A stretch of 64,000 nucleotides of DNA from a virus (lineage: Duplodnaviria > Heunggongvirae > Uroviricota > Caudoviricetes): IMG/VR virus record IMGVR_UViG_2974564184_000001, positions 977-64,976 of that record. One strand, written 5' to 3'. Each line of letters opens with the position of its first letter. Position 1 is the stretch's first letter. Below are positions 29,179-38,615 of the stretch, one piece after another. A program made the translations under genes and the position numbers. A model generated the notes under the pieces. It was given only the letters and a program-made list of their open reading frames with translations. It was not told the DNA's origin and ran no database searches.

Positions 29179-29497
29179 CAGACCCTCCGTCTTCTGGTTG
29201 CTCTACCCAGACCTTGCTCTTGATCAGAACCAGAGAGAACTCTGATGTGTCTAAAAGCACACTGGTGTACATCACCAGCCGTTCACCGTCCACAACTTCA
29301 CAATCAGGAGCCACAATAACGTCCATAGCCTCGTCAATGTTACGGAAGTCATCAGTGCAGAGGATGTGTAGAACACCATCCGGGTCATCAACCATTCTCC
29401 ACATGCCAGTCATCAGGATATAGTTGGGACGAAGGGAGCTAACTCCCAACGCCTTCTCATCCTTCACCACGGCATCCATGATGATTTGATCAATCAC
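29159..29497 (-). CDS. hypothetical protein
   Basis: 112-aa ORF. Confidence 0.4.
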   Translation of the reverse strand: MIDQIIMDAVVKDEKALGVSSLRPNYILMTGMWRMVDDPDGVLHILCTDDFRNIDEAMDVIVAPDCEVVDGERLVMYTSVLLDTSEFSLVLIKSKVWVEQPEDGGSDAPDVG

Positions 29498-30615
29498 ACA
29501 ACCCCCAGGCGTTTCAGTTCTGAGCCTAACGTCGTCTGGTCATTTGGTGTACGCTTCATGTAAACCATCTGGAAGATGATCGAAGCCCACTGACCCGCAG
29601 ACATTTTCTTGTCAGTTCCATCCCAAGATGTGAACTCAACACCTTCCGGGAACCACTTCTTGTACTGATTCACGATGGTGACCCACATTTCCTTCTCGTC
29701 AGTGATGTGACCGATAAGATTGAATGCGGCGGTGTCTCCAAAGCGACCAGCAATATCGAAGCACTGGTAAGGTTTGATATTGTCTGAGCTGTCGCCGCAG
29801 AGCATCTGATAGCCGAAGAATTTCTTACCCCAGCCCTTAACCTTACTCCCTTCCATCCAGATTTCACCCATAGAATCATCAATGAGCATCGGGATCGGGT
29901 GTTTCCACGTCTTCTCTTCACCATCACGCATCGAGTCAAAGATCAGGCCAGGGTTACCCTTCTGATCCTTATCGAACGAGACGATAAGGCGGTTGAACTT
30001 TCCAGTCGCCTTGTAATGCTCCCATCCCTCGTAAGCGAGGATAGATAGGTAGTCATCGGCTTCCATTTTGTCAATGACCTTCGCATTGTAACGGCGTTGA
30101 ACGTATTCACGAGTCTCCTGGAGGAGCTTCGGACGTAACGTATCTTCACGGTTACCTTTGTAGATCTCTGGTGCTGGAAGAAGCAGACGGAAGTTACCCG
30201 TACCGCCCAACACACCGAGTCCTGCGTTGTCTGACATTCCCAGATGTTCGAACATGGCGTTGATTTTCGTTTTCAGAATATGCAAGCAGTATTCGACTGG
30301 CTCAGGCGTTTGGATGTCCTCAATCGTGAAGTCTGTTCGACCCCACGGAGTGAACTCTCGACCTGCGGCCTTTGCCTTCGCCTCCATATTCATGTTCTGG
30401 TCTTTCAGCCAGCCGCCCACTACCTTCTTCTGGGTTCCCCAGAATTCAGTGCGGTTTTTGAAAATCTTCTCACGTCCTGATGCAATGTGCGTTGCCTTAA
30501 TTGTACGCTTCTCAGCGCCAGCGGCAGAAACAAAGCAAGTCTGGTCTAAATCGAGCACAACCAGACAATCATCTGTGATCTTTTCCTTCCACTTCTCATC
30601 ATACGGATAACCCAA
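29494..30615 (-). CDS. 5'-3' exonuclease / flap endonuclease-like (PIN-type)
   Basis: KMEADDYL and LCGDSSDNIKPY (GDxSDNIPG-like) motifs; 373 aa with N-terminal extension. Confidence 0.55.
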   Translation of the reverse strand: MGYPYDEKWKEKITDDCLVVLDLDQTCFVSAAGAEKRTIKATHIASGREKIFKNRTEFWGTQKKVVGGWLKDQNMNMEAKAKAAGREFTPWGRTDFTIEDIQTPEPVEYCLHILKTKINAMFEHLGMSDNAGLGVLGGTGNFRLLLPAPEIYKGNREDTLRPKLLQETREYVQRRYNAKVIDKMEADDYLSILAYEGWEHYKATGKFNRLIVSFDKDQKGNPGLIFDSMRDGEEKTWKHPIPMLIDDSMGEIWMEGSKVKGWGKKFFGYQMLCGDSSDNIKPYQCFDIAGRFGDTAAFNLIGHITDEKEMWVTIVNQYKKWFPEGVEFTSWDGTDKKMSAGQWASIIFQMVYMKRTPNDQTTLGSELKRLGVV

Positions 30616-30626
30616 CAGTCCCCCTA

Positions 30627-31001
30627 CTAATCTTTCATGTATTCATCGAGGTATTTGACAACTAACTGCCAATCCTCACGTTTGCTTCGTTCATGATAGA
30701 GCGCGAACGCATCACGAACATACCGCTCTGCCACCGGACGAGACACACCGTTCACTTTCATAAAGTGGCGAAGTGCAATCTCACCACGACCGCGAATCCC
30801 GGCAAGGCCGATGTGCTTCACTTCGTGGCACGATGGACAGAGAGCAATCAACCCGGTAAGAGTGATTTTACCATCACCGAAGTCCCAAATCTCGTGGCAT
30901 TCGACGGGATGTTTATTCCCCTTGCCACCGCAGATCTCACACTTATACCCGGCTGCTGCATAACACTTCCGTCTGACCTTATCCCATTGGGCTTGGGTCA
31001 A
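30627..31001 (-). CDS. HNH-type zinc-finger endonuclease-like protein
   Basis: CEICGG...HPVECHEIWDF...LCPSCHEVKH. Confidence 0.5.
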   Translation of the reverse strand: MTQAQWDKVRRKCYAAAGYKCEICGGKGNKHPVECHEIWDFGDGKITLTGLIALCPSCHEVKHIGLAGIRGRGEIALRHFMKVNGVSRPVAERYVRDAFALYHERSKREDWQLVVKYLDEYMKD

Positions 31002-31069
31002 ATGAGAGCGTAGATTATTAAACCATGCGGTCTTTGGTACGAGTTCGATTTGTAGCTTGATATGGCCCC

Positions 31070-31327
31070 CTATTTCTTAGGCATCAAGAAGAACGCCATG
31101 AGAGCAGACCAAACAACCATCAGTCGGAAATACCCCCAAGACACTGCGGAGAATCCGTCTGCACTCCAAGACAAGAAGCAAATCAGCAGCATTGCTGCGA
31201 AAGCCCCACCCCAAGAAAGTAGTGTTGAGAATGCAAAACCAATCAGGTAACGTTTCAAGTAGTTCAAAGGTTTCTCCTTAATGGAAAGTTTTGGAAGAAG
31301 GGCAAGCCGATGCACCGGAGCGTTCAA
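31070..31327 (-). CDS. small membrane protein
   Basis: 85 aa, three TM segments. Confidence 0.45.
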   Translation of the reverse strand: MNAPVHRLALLPKLSIKEKPLNYLKRYLIGFAFSTLLSWGGAFAAMLLICFLSWSADGFSAVSWGYFRLMVVWSALMAFFLMPKK

Positions 31328-31499
31328 TCGTCTCTGTACGGTGACCGTTGCTGTAAATACACGTTTTGGTTGAACCGTTGTCGATCACATCGACAAGATC
31401 CATCGTGTTGACAGTGGCATTAGCTAAGGCGGGGGTCAGAATCAACACTCCGACTACGAAAGCCATCATGCTCTTCTTAAAGTTTTTGGATTGAGACAT
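31278..31499 (-). CDS. small secreted protein
   Basis: signal peptide MMAFVVGVLILTPALANA. Confidence 0.4.
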   Translation of the reverse strand: MSQSKNFKKSMMAFVVGVLILTPALANATVNTMDLVDVIDNGSTKTCIYSNGHRTETIERSGASACPSSKTFH

Positions 31500-31544
31500 T
31501 ATGTTCTCCTTTAGTTTGCCCCGGCGAACCGGGGCGAGTGTGTT

Positions 31545-32435
31545 TTACTTAGATGCTGCCGGGATAGTCACGAACGGTGCCTGACTGTCGCCTGCCATGT
31601 AGACTGGCAGTACGCCGTCCCACTTAGCAATTGTATCCAGCTTAACAATCTCTGGGTTTTTGCGCAAGGCATCACCACGAAGATTGATTGAATCAGCTTG
31701 AGCTTTCGCTGCTGCCATCGTTGCGTAGGCTGACCCATCAGCTTCAAGTTTAGCAGATTCTGCTTTACCACGCGCTTCCTCGATTGCCATATTCGCTTCA
31801 GCAGTACGCTGTTTCACTTCCTGCTCACGCTGGAGCGTTTTCTGGTTAGCAGTCACTTTAGCGTTGATGCTTTCGATAACTGTTGGTGGGTAGTCCGGCT
31901 TACCCATCCAGCTAACACTGATCACTTCGATACCAACTGGCCCCATCTCGCGTTGAAGGTCAGTCAGTACGCCGTTCAGGATCTCATCCTTACCACCGTC
32001 AATGAACTTATCAGTATTCATTCGACTTGCACGACGGTTCAGAGAATCACTGATCTTCTGACGCAGGTCGGTGTCGGTGATGTCATCTACGCCTTTACGG
32101 TAAGTCTGGAACACCGTGGTCACCTTCGCCGGGGTCACTCGATATGCGATACCGATTGAGTAGCCGATGGTTGTACCGTCGCTCATCTGGAAGATGAACT
32201 GATCCGGGTAGGACTTCATCTGCTTGAAGGTCGGGAAGGTATACAGGTCTTCGTTCCAACCAACCCAGTAGCGACCAACACCCAGTGCTGTGGCGTCTAC
32301 GCCTTTTTCATCACCCAGACGGTTGACCATAACACCTGCGTTACCCGGTTCTACACGCTCGTAACAGCCTGACAGAGTGGTAGCTGCTACTGCGATTGCT
32401 GCTGCGAACAGGACACGCTTAATTGCTTTCATCAT
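31545..32435 (-). CDS. SPFH/band-7 (HflK/C-like) lipoprotein
   Basis: signal peptide with lipobox LSGC; SPFH-like core and Ala/Glu-rich coiled-coil tail. Confidence 0.6.
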   Translation of the reverse strand: MMKAIKRVLFAAAIAVAATTLSGCYERVEPGNAGVMVNRLGDEKGVDATALGVGRYWVGWNEDLYTFPTFKQMKSYPDQFIFQMSDGTTIGYSIGIAYRVTPAKVTTVFQTYRKGVDDITDTDLRQKISDSLNRRASRMNTDKFIDGGKDEILNGVLTDLQREMGPVGIEVISVSWMGKPDYPPTVIESINAKVTANQKTLQREQEVKQRTAEANMAIEEARGKAESAKLEADGSAYATMAAAKAQADSINLRGDALRKNPEIVKLDTIAKWDGVLPVYMAGDSQAPFVTIPAASK

Positions 32436-32593
32436 TCGATTTGTTCTCCTCTTTTAAGGTATAGTTCGTTGAGACATTTTGTTCAACGTGTTTGTCGCAT
32501 AAGTCTGCGACGAATCCAGCGACGGATTTACCATCTTTCTGAGCCAGGAATTTCAGTCTGCTGTACGTTTCGGCTCTAAAGTTCAGCAGCATA

Positions 32594-32791
32594 TCACACC
32601 TCTACAGGTTCGGCTTTCTTTTTGAAAGCCAGACGAATCCAGTAGTAAAGCACGACCGGAGTGGCACCCAACCAGGCAAAGCCTGCGATTACTGCGATGG
32701 TGTCAGAAGCTGACACCAAAGCTGGAGCACCAAACCCGAATGTGATTACCAGATAAACAAAGATAAACAGACCATTCAGGTAGTATTTCAT
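32594..32791 (-). CDS. small membrane protein
   Basis: 65 aa, two TM helices. Confidence 0.4.
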   Translation of the reverse strand: MKYYLNGLFIFVYLVITFGFGAPALVSASDTIAVIAGFAWLGATPVVLYYWIRLAFKKKAEPVEV

Positions 32792-33168
32792 TATTCAGCG
32801 CCTTCTGCTGAATCACCTTCTTCGCCATCGTCCGGCTCGGTCTGAGCTACGTTGGCTGGCTTACCACGACCGAACAGGATATCTGCTTCGGTGAAAGTTT
32901 CCTGCTCTGCATCCAGCGCCGCAGATTTCTTCTCTGCTTCGAAGCGAACGTCGTACTCGCGCTTCGCCAGTGCATTCAGGAATTTCGGAGCGATGTGGTA
33001 GGTGCTCTTTTCGACATCACGAATGTCTTTGATCTGGCCTTTCAGGTCAGCAATCTGACGCTGCAAGTCAACGATTTCGTTAACCGAACCTTTCAGACGG
33101 TCACGAGCAACTGCATCAGAAGGCAGGGTGGTGATCAGTTCGATTTTTGCTTTAGCTTGACGTGCCAT
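32791..33168 (-). CDS. hypothetical coiled-coil protein
   Basis: 125-aa ORF. Confidence 0.4.
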   Translation of the reverse strand: MARQAKAKIELITTLPSDAVARDRLKGSVNEIVDLQRQIADLKGQIKDIRDVEKSTYHIAPKFLNALAKREYDVRFEAEKKSAALDAEQETFTEADILFGRGKPANVAQTEPDDGEEGDSAEGAE

Positions 33169-33236
33169 AATTTTGTTTCTCCTATGTGGTTTTATTTCTT
33201 TCAGTATACGTTCTTTTGTTTCTTTGTCAACGAGTT

Positions 33237-33494
33237 TTATTGAACTCCGAAGACTTTTCCGCCTGGGCTACTCAGAATCTGCATCAGGTTCTGGAGCAGT
33301 GCATCACTGTCGGAAGGTACAGCATAACGCTTGTAAGAGTTACCCCAGCGACGTTTCTGTCCACAAAGGATAATGCACTTACCATTTCCACGGAAAGTTA
33401 CCGGGAAACCGAAGACATCAGACAGGTTACGAACCTGCAACATCTTGGTGTCACGCTCTTCTTGAGCGATTTCGATTTTTGATTTCTCTTCCAC
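33237..33494 (-). CDS. hypothetical protein
   Basis: 85-aa ORF. Confidence 0.4.
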   Translation of the reverse strand: MEEKSKIEIAQEERDTKMLQVRNLSDVFGFPVTFRGNGKCIILCGQKRRWGNSYKRYAVPSDSDALLQNLMQILSSPGGKVFGVQ

Positions 33495-33548
33495 TTTGTT
33501 CTCCGCTTTGTTTCGATGGGGCCATTATGCTTGGCCCCGAATCTTTTG

Positions 33549-34232
33549 TCAAACGATAATTTTCGGTTTTCTGAAAGTAATCGGTTTAACAATTTTTCCA
33601 CCATCGGACAGGAACACGTACTGACCTGTCTCTTCGTTCAGCACAGAGTAAACACCCGAGTATTTACCCTCTTCACGACGCTCAATCTGAGCAGATTCGA
33701 ATTTCAACAACTCCTTGTCTGAAAGACCTTTACAATCAGGGTACGCCGCTCTTAGTTGTAGCATAGTTGGGAACTTGCTGTCGTTAGAGGCTAACACCTC
33801 TTCGATATTATAACGCAGATTAACATCCAGGCTATAAGCAAGAGCAACAACCTGCTTTAATGCCGTAGAGGGGTTGTCATCAAAGATAACAGCACGTTCC
33901 AGCGACAAGAGACTGAACTGGGTGTCTTCATCATACGAGCACAGGTATCCGTTACCGAAGGTTCCACCTTGGCGGAGATAGTGAGCGTAGGAAGCTACGA
34001 CAAACATATCACAAACGCCATCAACAACCTCGACCATATCTCCCAAACGGAGGGCATCCAAAGTCTCTTTGAATTCCTCGCGTAAGAATCCCATTTGTTT
34101 GTCTAAAGGCGTCAGAGCACCGCCCCGTGCAGATGCTGCCACCGCGTTCCAGGTGACAACATGGTCTGCATATTCACGCAGGCTTTTTGGACGAGCGATT
34201 TTGGTCAGGGTTTCATATAATAGATCAGCCAC
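33549..34232 (-). CDS. MazG-like all-alpha NTP pyrophosphohydrolase (possible dUTPase/dCTPase-type)
   Basis: LREEFKETLDAL (EExxE) and DMVEVVDGVCDM acidic metal-binding helices. Confidence 0.5.
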   Translation of the reverse strand: MADLLYETLTKIARPKSLREYADHVVTWNAVAASARGGALTPLDKQMGFLREEFKETLDALRLGDMVEVVDGVCDMFVVASYAHYLRQGGTFGNGYLCSYDEDTQFSLLSLERAVIFDDNPSTALKQVVALAYSLDVNLRYNIEEVLASNDSKFPTMLQLRAAYPDCKGLSDKELLKFESAQIERREEGKYSGVYSVLNEETGQYVFLSDGGKIVKPITFRKPKIIV

Positions 34233-34241
34233 TTTTTCTCC

Positions 34242-34493
34242 TCAGATTGTTTTTTCAAAGACGCCTTCGATGGCGTACTTAATTTTTTCCCATTCAGCTT
34301 TGTCGAAACCGACAACGCCTTTCTTTTCGTAACCGGAACGGGTGCGGTTATCGTAAAACGCCAACTCCTCATAGGAGAGGTTGACAGAACCCGGGTGATC
34401 CGGGTCAGGACGAACAGACCAACGGAAGTCCGCATTGTGCGGATTGGAATAGACGTGAGCGTCAAAGTCCACCGTATTCGCCTTAATTGTCAT
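34242..34493 (-). CDS. hypothetical protein
   Basis: 83-aa ORF. Confidence 0.4.
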   Translation of the reverse strand: MTIKANTVDFDAHVYSNPHNADFRWSVRPDPDHPGSVNLSYEELAFYDNRTRSGYEKKGVVGFDKAEWEKIKYAIEGVFEKTI

Positions 34494-34845
34494 GATCAGA
34501 TCCCTCCGGTTGATCTCGGTTGATTTTCAATGGAAGAAGAGTTCCGTTCTTGCTCTGGAACAAGCACTTATCTTCATAGGTGCCATTCTTGTACCATGAG
34601 TAGGTCGTGGTGGCTTTGTAGGCAACACCATCGAACTGGCATGTCATTGTATTCCACAGAGGTTTAATCAGTAGAACAGTAACAACCAACAGGGCTACAG
34701 CCCAAACCTTCAAGACAAGAAGTCGCTTGCCTTCCATCCAGTCGATGAAATCATCCAGTTTATCCTTTCGGAAATAGAAAGCGGTGTAAACACCGCTTCC
34801 AACCAGGATGGTAGCACCGAGCAAAGCCAGCACGTACCAGATCAT
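34483..34845 (-). CDS. membrane protein
   Basis: 120 aa, N-terminal TM helices. Confidence 0.45.
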   Translation of the reverse strand: MIWYVLALLGATILVGSGVYTAFYFRKDKLDDFIDWMEGKRLLVLKVWAVALLVVTVLLIKPLWNTMTCQFDGVAYKATTTYSWYKNGTYEDKCLFQSKNGTLLPLKINRDQPEGSDHDN

Positions 34846-34846
34846 G

Positions 34847-35329
34847 TTAAGCTCCTACTTCCGTGACACGAAGCTCTGTCCAAGGACGAACAGCAATGTG
34901 GGTGCTGTCTTCCAGGAAGATCTTTGTCTCGTCATGATAGTTCTCAACGCTTTTGACTAAATACATTTTACCGCAATAGTCAAAAGTGTCACCCGATTGA
35001 ACATTCTCAGCCTTGAATACACCCGGCACACGGTCTTCGTTCTCAACAAGCTCATAGCTGTCGGCGAAGATGTCCGGTTTGCATGGATAGAACTCACCAG
35101 CGAGACCTTTGATGATCATGTCCCCAGCAGTTGCAGTCATCAGACCTTCCAGTGTTGGAATTTCCAATGTGCGACCGCAGTCGCGAGTTTCAATCTCCGC
35201 AGAACGGAAGGTTCCGGTTTCGATCCAATTTTTGATCTGCCCGACAGAAGTGCTCGACCCTGTAAAGCGATGAGCCTCGATTTCAACGGGCTTCTTACGG
35301 TATTTTGCCATTAGTTTAGCGGCTCCCAT
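34847..35329 (-). CDS. hypothetical protein
   Basis: 160-aa ORF. Confidence 0.45.
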   Translation of the reverse strand: MGAAKLMAKYRKKPVEIEAHRFTGSSTSVGQIKNWIETGTFRSAEIETRDCGRTLEIPTLEGLMTATAGDMIIKGLAGEFYPCKPDIFADSYELVENEDRVPGVFKAENVQSGDTFDYCGKMYLVKSVENYHDETKIFLEDSTHIAVRPWTELRVTEVGA

Positions 35330-36612
35330 GTTTCTGGATTAACTTCGCGTTCATACTGTCCCACCGGGAACTGAGGAACACCCTTGTCGGTACGCGCCTG
35401 GAAGCTAAAGGTGATGAACTTACCAATAAGTTTCAGCATCTTCGCTTGAGTTCGTTCAGCATGTGTACCTTTGATCTTGCAACTGAACTCAGTACCGTCT
35501 TTTTCGATACAGTCCAGAACGCCTTCTCCGTTCTTGTCTTCTTTTGAGCCTGTGACTTTCGCCTCGGCTGTCTGGAAGATCTTCCATTTCTGGAGATCGG
35601 AAGATCGCTGACCATATTCATACAAACCTTTGAAGTTGCGAATCATCGTTCCTTCAAAGCCAGCCTGCATGTTTACTCCCACTGACCACTCGACCTGCTC
35701 AATGGTATCGTAGAAGCACCCCATCACAACAGCAATTTTACTGTACTGCTGCTCCGCCACTGTGGAATAAGTGGTGAACAGGTCAGCAAGGCGGCACTGC
35801 TCTGGGAATTCAACTGAGTGCCACGGGCTGTTGTTGTTTACCGGGATATCGAAAATGTGGAACTGCAAGTCCGCACTCTCATAACCGCCGTAGCGATTAA
35901 CATCCAGTTCCGGGACAACATCAACGTCGATCATGTCACCGTCGAAGTTTTTGTATTTCTCCATACCTATCGAGATAGCTTTATCACGACGCTTCACATC
36001 ACCTTCGTAATCCTTCTGGATTTCTGCGGCAATTGTTGCATGGGTACGCCACTTCTTGGTCAGCGCCACAATCTTTTGCAGGCTCAACCCGTGAATGTAC
36101 AACTCGCCGTCGAATTTGTCAAACCCTGAATGATTGCTCAGGGAGACAACTTCATCCACCAGCTTACCCTGCACAGGATAGGTTTTGTTGCCTCGACTGT
36201 TGAAAGAAGGAACCCCGTCTTTTACCAGCACCAATGCACGAACACCATCCAGCTTTGGCTGTGTATAGCAGGGGACTTCAATGGCACTACCACGTTTCAG
36301 GTAGTCATGAGCAAGCATTGGGGTGAAGACCTCTTCGGCCTCCAACTGATCAGTGCTCTCACGATAACCTAAACGAACCTGCTTCTCCCACTTGGATTTT
36401 GCTTCCAGCAGCGCCTGGAAATCAGCGGAAGTTTCATTGGCACGACCAACGTTTTTCATTTCGCAGGTGGTGCGTTTCTGTTGCAGCTTGCCGCCCACCT
36501 TTCCGAACTCAACGATGACATCTGCACCTTCGGTGTAGACTTTCCATTGTTGGAAAGAGCCATCTTTGTTCAGTGCATACAGCGTAGGGGTGCTGTCAAT
36601 ATTAATCGACAT
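35311..36612 (-). CDS. ATP-dependent DNA ligase
   Basis: motif I TQPKLDGVRAL (KxDG), 433 aa. Confidence 0.75.
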   Translation of the reverse strand: MSINIDSTPTLYALNKDGSFQQWKVYTEGADVIVEFGKVGGKLQQKRTTCEMKNVGRANETSADFQALLEAKSKWEKQVRLGYRESTDQLEAEEVFTPMLAHDYLKRGSAIEVPCYTQPKLDGVRALVLVKDGVPSFNSRGNKTYPVQGKLVDEVVSLSNHSGFDKFDGELYIHGLSLQKIVALTKKWRTHATIAAEIQKDYEGDVKRRDKAISIGMEKYKNFDGDMIDVDVVPELDVNRYGGYESADLQFHIFDIPVNNNSPWHSVEFPEQCRLADLFTTYSTVAEQQYSKIAVVMGCFYDTIEQVEWSVGVNMQAGFEGTMIRNFKGLYEYGQRSSDLQKWKIFQTAEAKVTGSKEDKNGEGVLDCIEKDGTEFSCKIKGTHAERTQAKMLKLIGKFITFSFQARTDKGVPQFPVGQYEREVNPETWEPLN

Positions 36613-36820
36613 CAGTTTCTCCTGATTTTAGTCCGTCCAGGGCGATGGTCGTTTCACAACTATCACCGTATTCTTTGTGGAGACGGAGATAGTCCTCCGG
36701 CCCCGACCAGTCATTGTCCTTGGTTTTCCAACCATCTGCGAAAGCATCTTCAACGATGGTGATCAACTCCAGACGGGAGATGGTTATTTGGTCAGACAGG
36801 CTTACTTGCTTTGCAGACAT
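36602..36820 (-). CDS. hypothetical small protein
   Basis: 72-aa ORF. Confidence 0.35.
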   Translation of the reverse strand: MSAKQVSLSDQITISRLELITIVEDAFADGWKTKDNDWSGPEDYLRLHKEYGDSCETTIALDGLKSGETDVD

Positions 36821-37701
36821 GTTTTGCCCTCCAAGTGATCTTCAACCATCTTGATCAATTCAGGGTCACTGAACGCATCAACCGCGCCTTTATCCCAGTG
36901 TAAGATTCCAGCCTTGTCGAGGTTCTGCATGTCGCTTTTCGAGTAGACCGCACTGTTCCAATCGGTAGACATAGCTGCCTTCTGTGCCGCTTCTGCATTG
37001 TAGAGGTTAATTTCCACAACCTTCGCCCCCAGTTTCAGCTTGGGCTTCAACATATAGCGGAAGTCAATAACCTGCATCGAGCAACCAACGACCAGAATCA
37101 GATCCTGAGAGTTAATCGTGTAGCCAAGCTCGTACATATCATTGTACAGAGGCGCACTCTCTGAGAAGAATACCACATTTGGTTTCGCCCAGTGATAATC
37201 TTTCGGGTCAAAGTCTTCACCCGGAGCCAGTTCCAACATTTCTTCGTGGCCCATCGGCTTCTTGATCACACGCATCTCATTAAGGTAGCCGTGAACATGA
37301 ATGATATCATCCCGAGGAACACCTGCACGTTCCAGTAAGTCGTCAACGTTGGTTGTCAGATTGATAACTTGACCCGGGAAGCGATTGTACCACTCCGCCA
37401 CACGCAGGTGCGCCAGATTCGGGCCTACCGTAGGCAGTTCTTTACGACGCTTCTCGTAAAATTTATGCGTCAGATAGTACAGGTTCTCGCCAAAGGTGTT
37501 TGGCTGTTCCGAAACAGCGTTCGGAGGTGGATTTTCACTGTTACGGTGATGGAAACCCGCCTGGAAACCCGGGGCGTAGCACACATCGTCCAATGCGTAC
37601 TCATCCCAGAGCGCTTTTCCGCTATCCGTATCGGTACGGAAGGTACGGACTCCGCTCTCAGCGGAGAATCCAGCACCAGACACTACGATAAGGCGGCGCA
37701 T
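36802..37701 (-). CDS. Sir2-family (sirtuin-like) NAD-dependent protein
   Basis: VVSGAGFSAESGVRTFR (GAGISxxSGIPxFR), TTNVDDLLERAG (TQNIDxL), HVHG (HLHG). Confidence 0.8.
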   Translation of the reverse strand: MRRLIVVSGAGFSAESGVRTFRTDTDSGKALWDEYALDDVCYAPGFQAGFHHRNSENPPPNAVSEQPNTFGENLYYLTHKFYEKRRKELPTVGPNLAHLRVAEWYNRFPGQVINLTTNVDDLLERAGVPRDDIIHVHGYLNEMRVIKKPMGHEEMLELAPGEDFDPKDYHWAKPNVVFFSESAPLYNDMYELGYTINSQDLILVVGCSMQVIDFRYMLKPKLKLGAKVVEINLYNAEAAQKAAMSTDWNSAVYSKSDMQNLDKAGILHWDKGAVDAFSDPELIKMVEDHLEGKTCLQSK

Positions 37702-37925
37702 TATGCCACCTTGCTCGCAGTTTTACGACCACGGAACGCTTTCGCGTGACCCATGCGGCTTTCGAAAGGACGGATATCCATCAGATTGCTCTGTGAGTGG
37801 ACACCTTTCAGGAATTGACGGGTTTCACCAAGCAGTTTGGCTGTTGCAACTGACTCGCTCAGTTCGCCACGCTCAAATGCTTCGATGGTTGCCTTCATTG
37901 AGGCCATGTTCATACGCTTTTTCAT
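37701..37925 (-). CDS. hypothetical small protein
   Basis: 74-aa ORF. Confidence 0.35.
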   Translation of the reverse strand: MKKRMNMASMKATIEAFERGELSESVATAKLLGETRQFLKGVHSQSNLMDIRPFESRMGHAKAFRGRKTASKVA

Positions 37926-38140
37926 TGTGTCTCCTTCTTCAAAAGTGAGTTTGGGTCATTGTGACCTGATCCTAAGGCAAATGCAATCACTGCGGTAAGC
38001 ATTGTTGCACGTCTTGCTGGATTTTGCAACGTGACAATCACCTCTGGGAGACAATTGACATCGTACAGCAGGGACATTAACGGGGGGTTATCCCGGATAA
38101 ATGCCTTTCCAAGGTCACTCAGTCCACTATCGAACGCCAT
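37922..38140 (-). CDS. hypothetical small protein
   Basis: 72-aa ORF. Confidence 0.35.
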   Translation of the reverse strand: MAFDSGLSDLGKAFIRDNPPLMSLLYDVNCLPEVIVTLQNPARRATMLTAVIAFALGSGHNDPNSLLKKETQ

Positions 38141-38612
38141 AATTGGTCTCCTTTAGTAGTTTTCTGAGTCTGTCGAACTCCTCAATCATCCAGTCGTACT
38201 GTGGCAACTCGATAACCTTGGCATTGTCGGCAGAACCATAGTAGTAATAGTGAGCAAAAGGTAGTTCAGACTTCGCGAGAGCAATTAAGATCTGCTTGTT
38301 CTGTCTTAGTTTGCACCTTATCGCCTCCAGAATGACAGATTTCTGTTCCTCCGTCAAGCCTTCTTTGTCGATTCGGTCATCACGCTTTACCTTTCCCATC
38401 TTTTTGGCACCAAACCCCTTCGCTGTTAGGAACTCGGGGTGCTGACTTCCGGTCAGGAAGTAATACCAGAACCCCTCAAGGCTCTGAAAACTACCATAAC
38501 CGGGGACTGTGAATTCACAATCATGAAGATTTGTCAGCATTCTCCCAAGGGGTGTGGCACCTTTCGTGTAGATGTTGATATGATCAACACCATCATTGAC
38601 AGGTGACCACAT
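38127..38612 (-). CDS. NADAR (YbiA/DUF1768)-like domain protein
   Basis: hand alignment to E. coli YbiA: INIYTK~INFYS, G..TNL~G.FSNF, SLEGFWYYF~SEHYFQA, PFAHYYYYGS~HTENDAYWG. Confidence 0.5.
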   Translation of the reverse strand: MWSPVNDGVDHINIYTKGATPLGRMLTNLHDCEFTVPGYGSFQSLEGFWYYFLTGSQHPEFLTAKGFGAKKMGKVKRDDRIDKEGLTEEQKSVILEAIRCKLRQNKQILIALAKSELPFAHYYYYGSADNAKVIELPQYDWMIEEFDRLRKLLKETNYGVR

Positions 38613-38615
38613 AAC

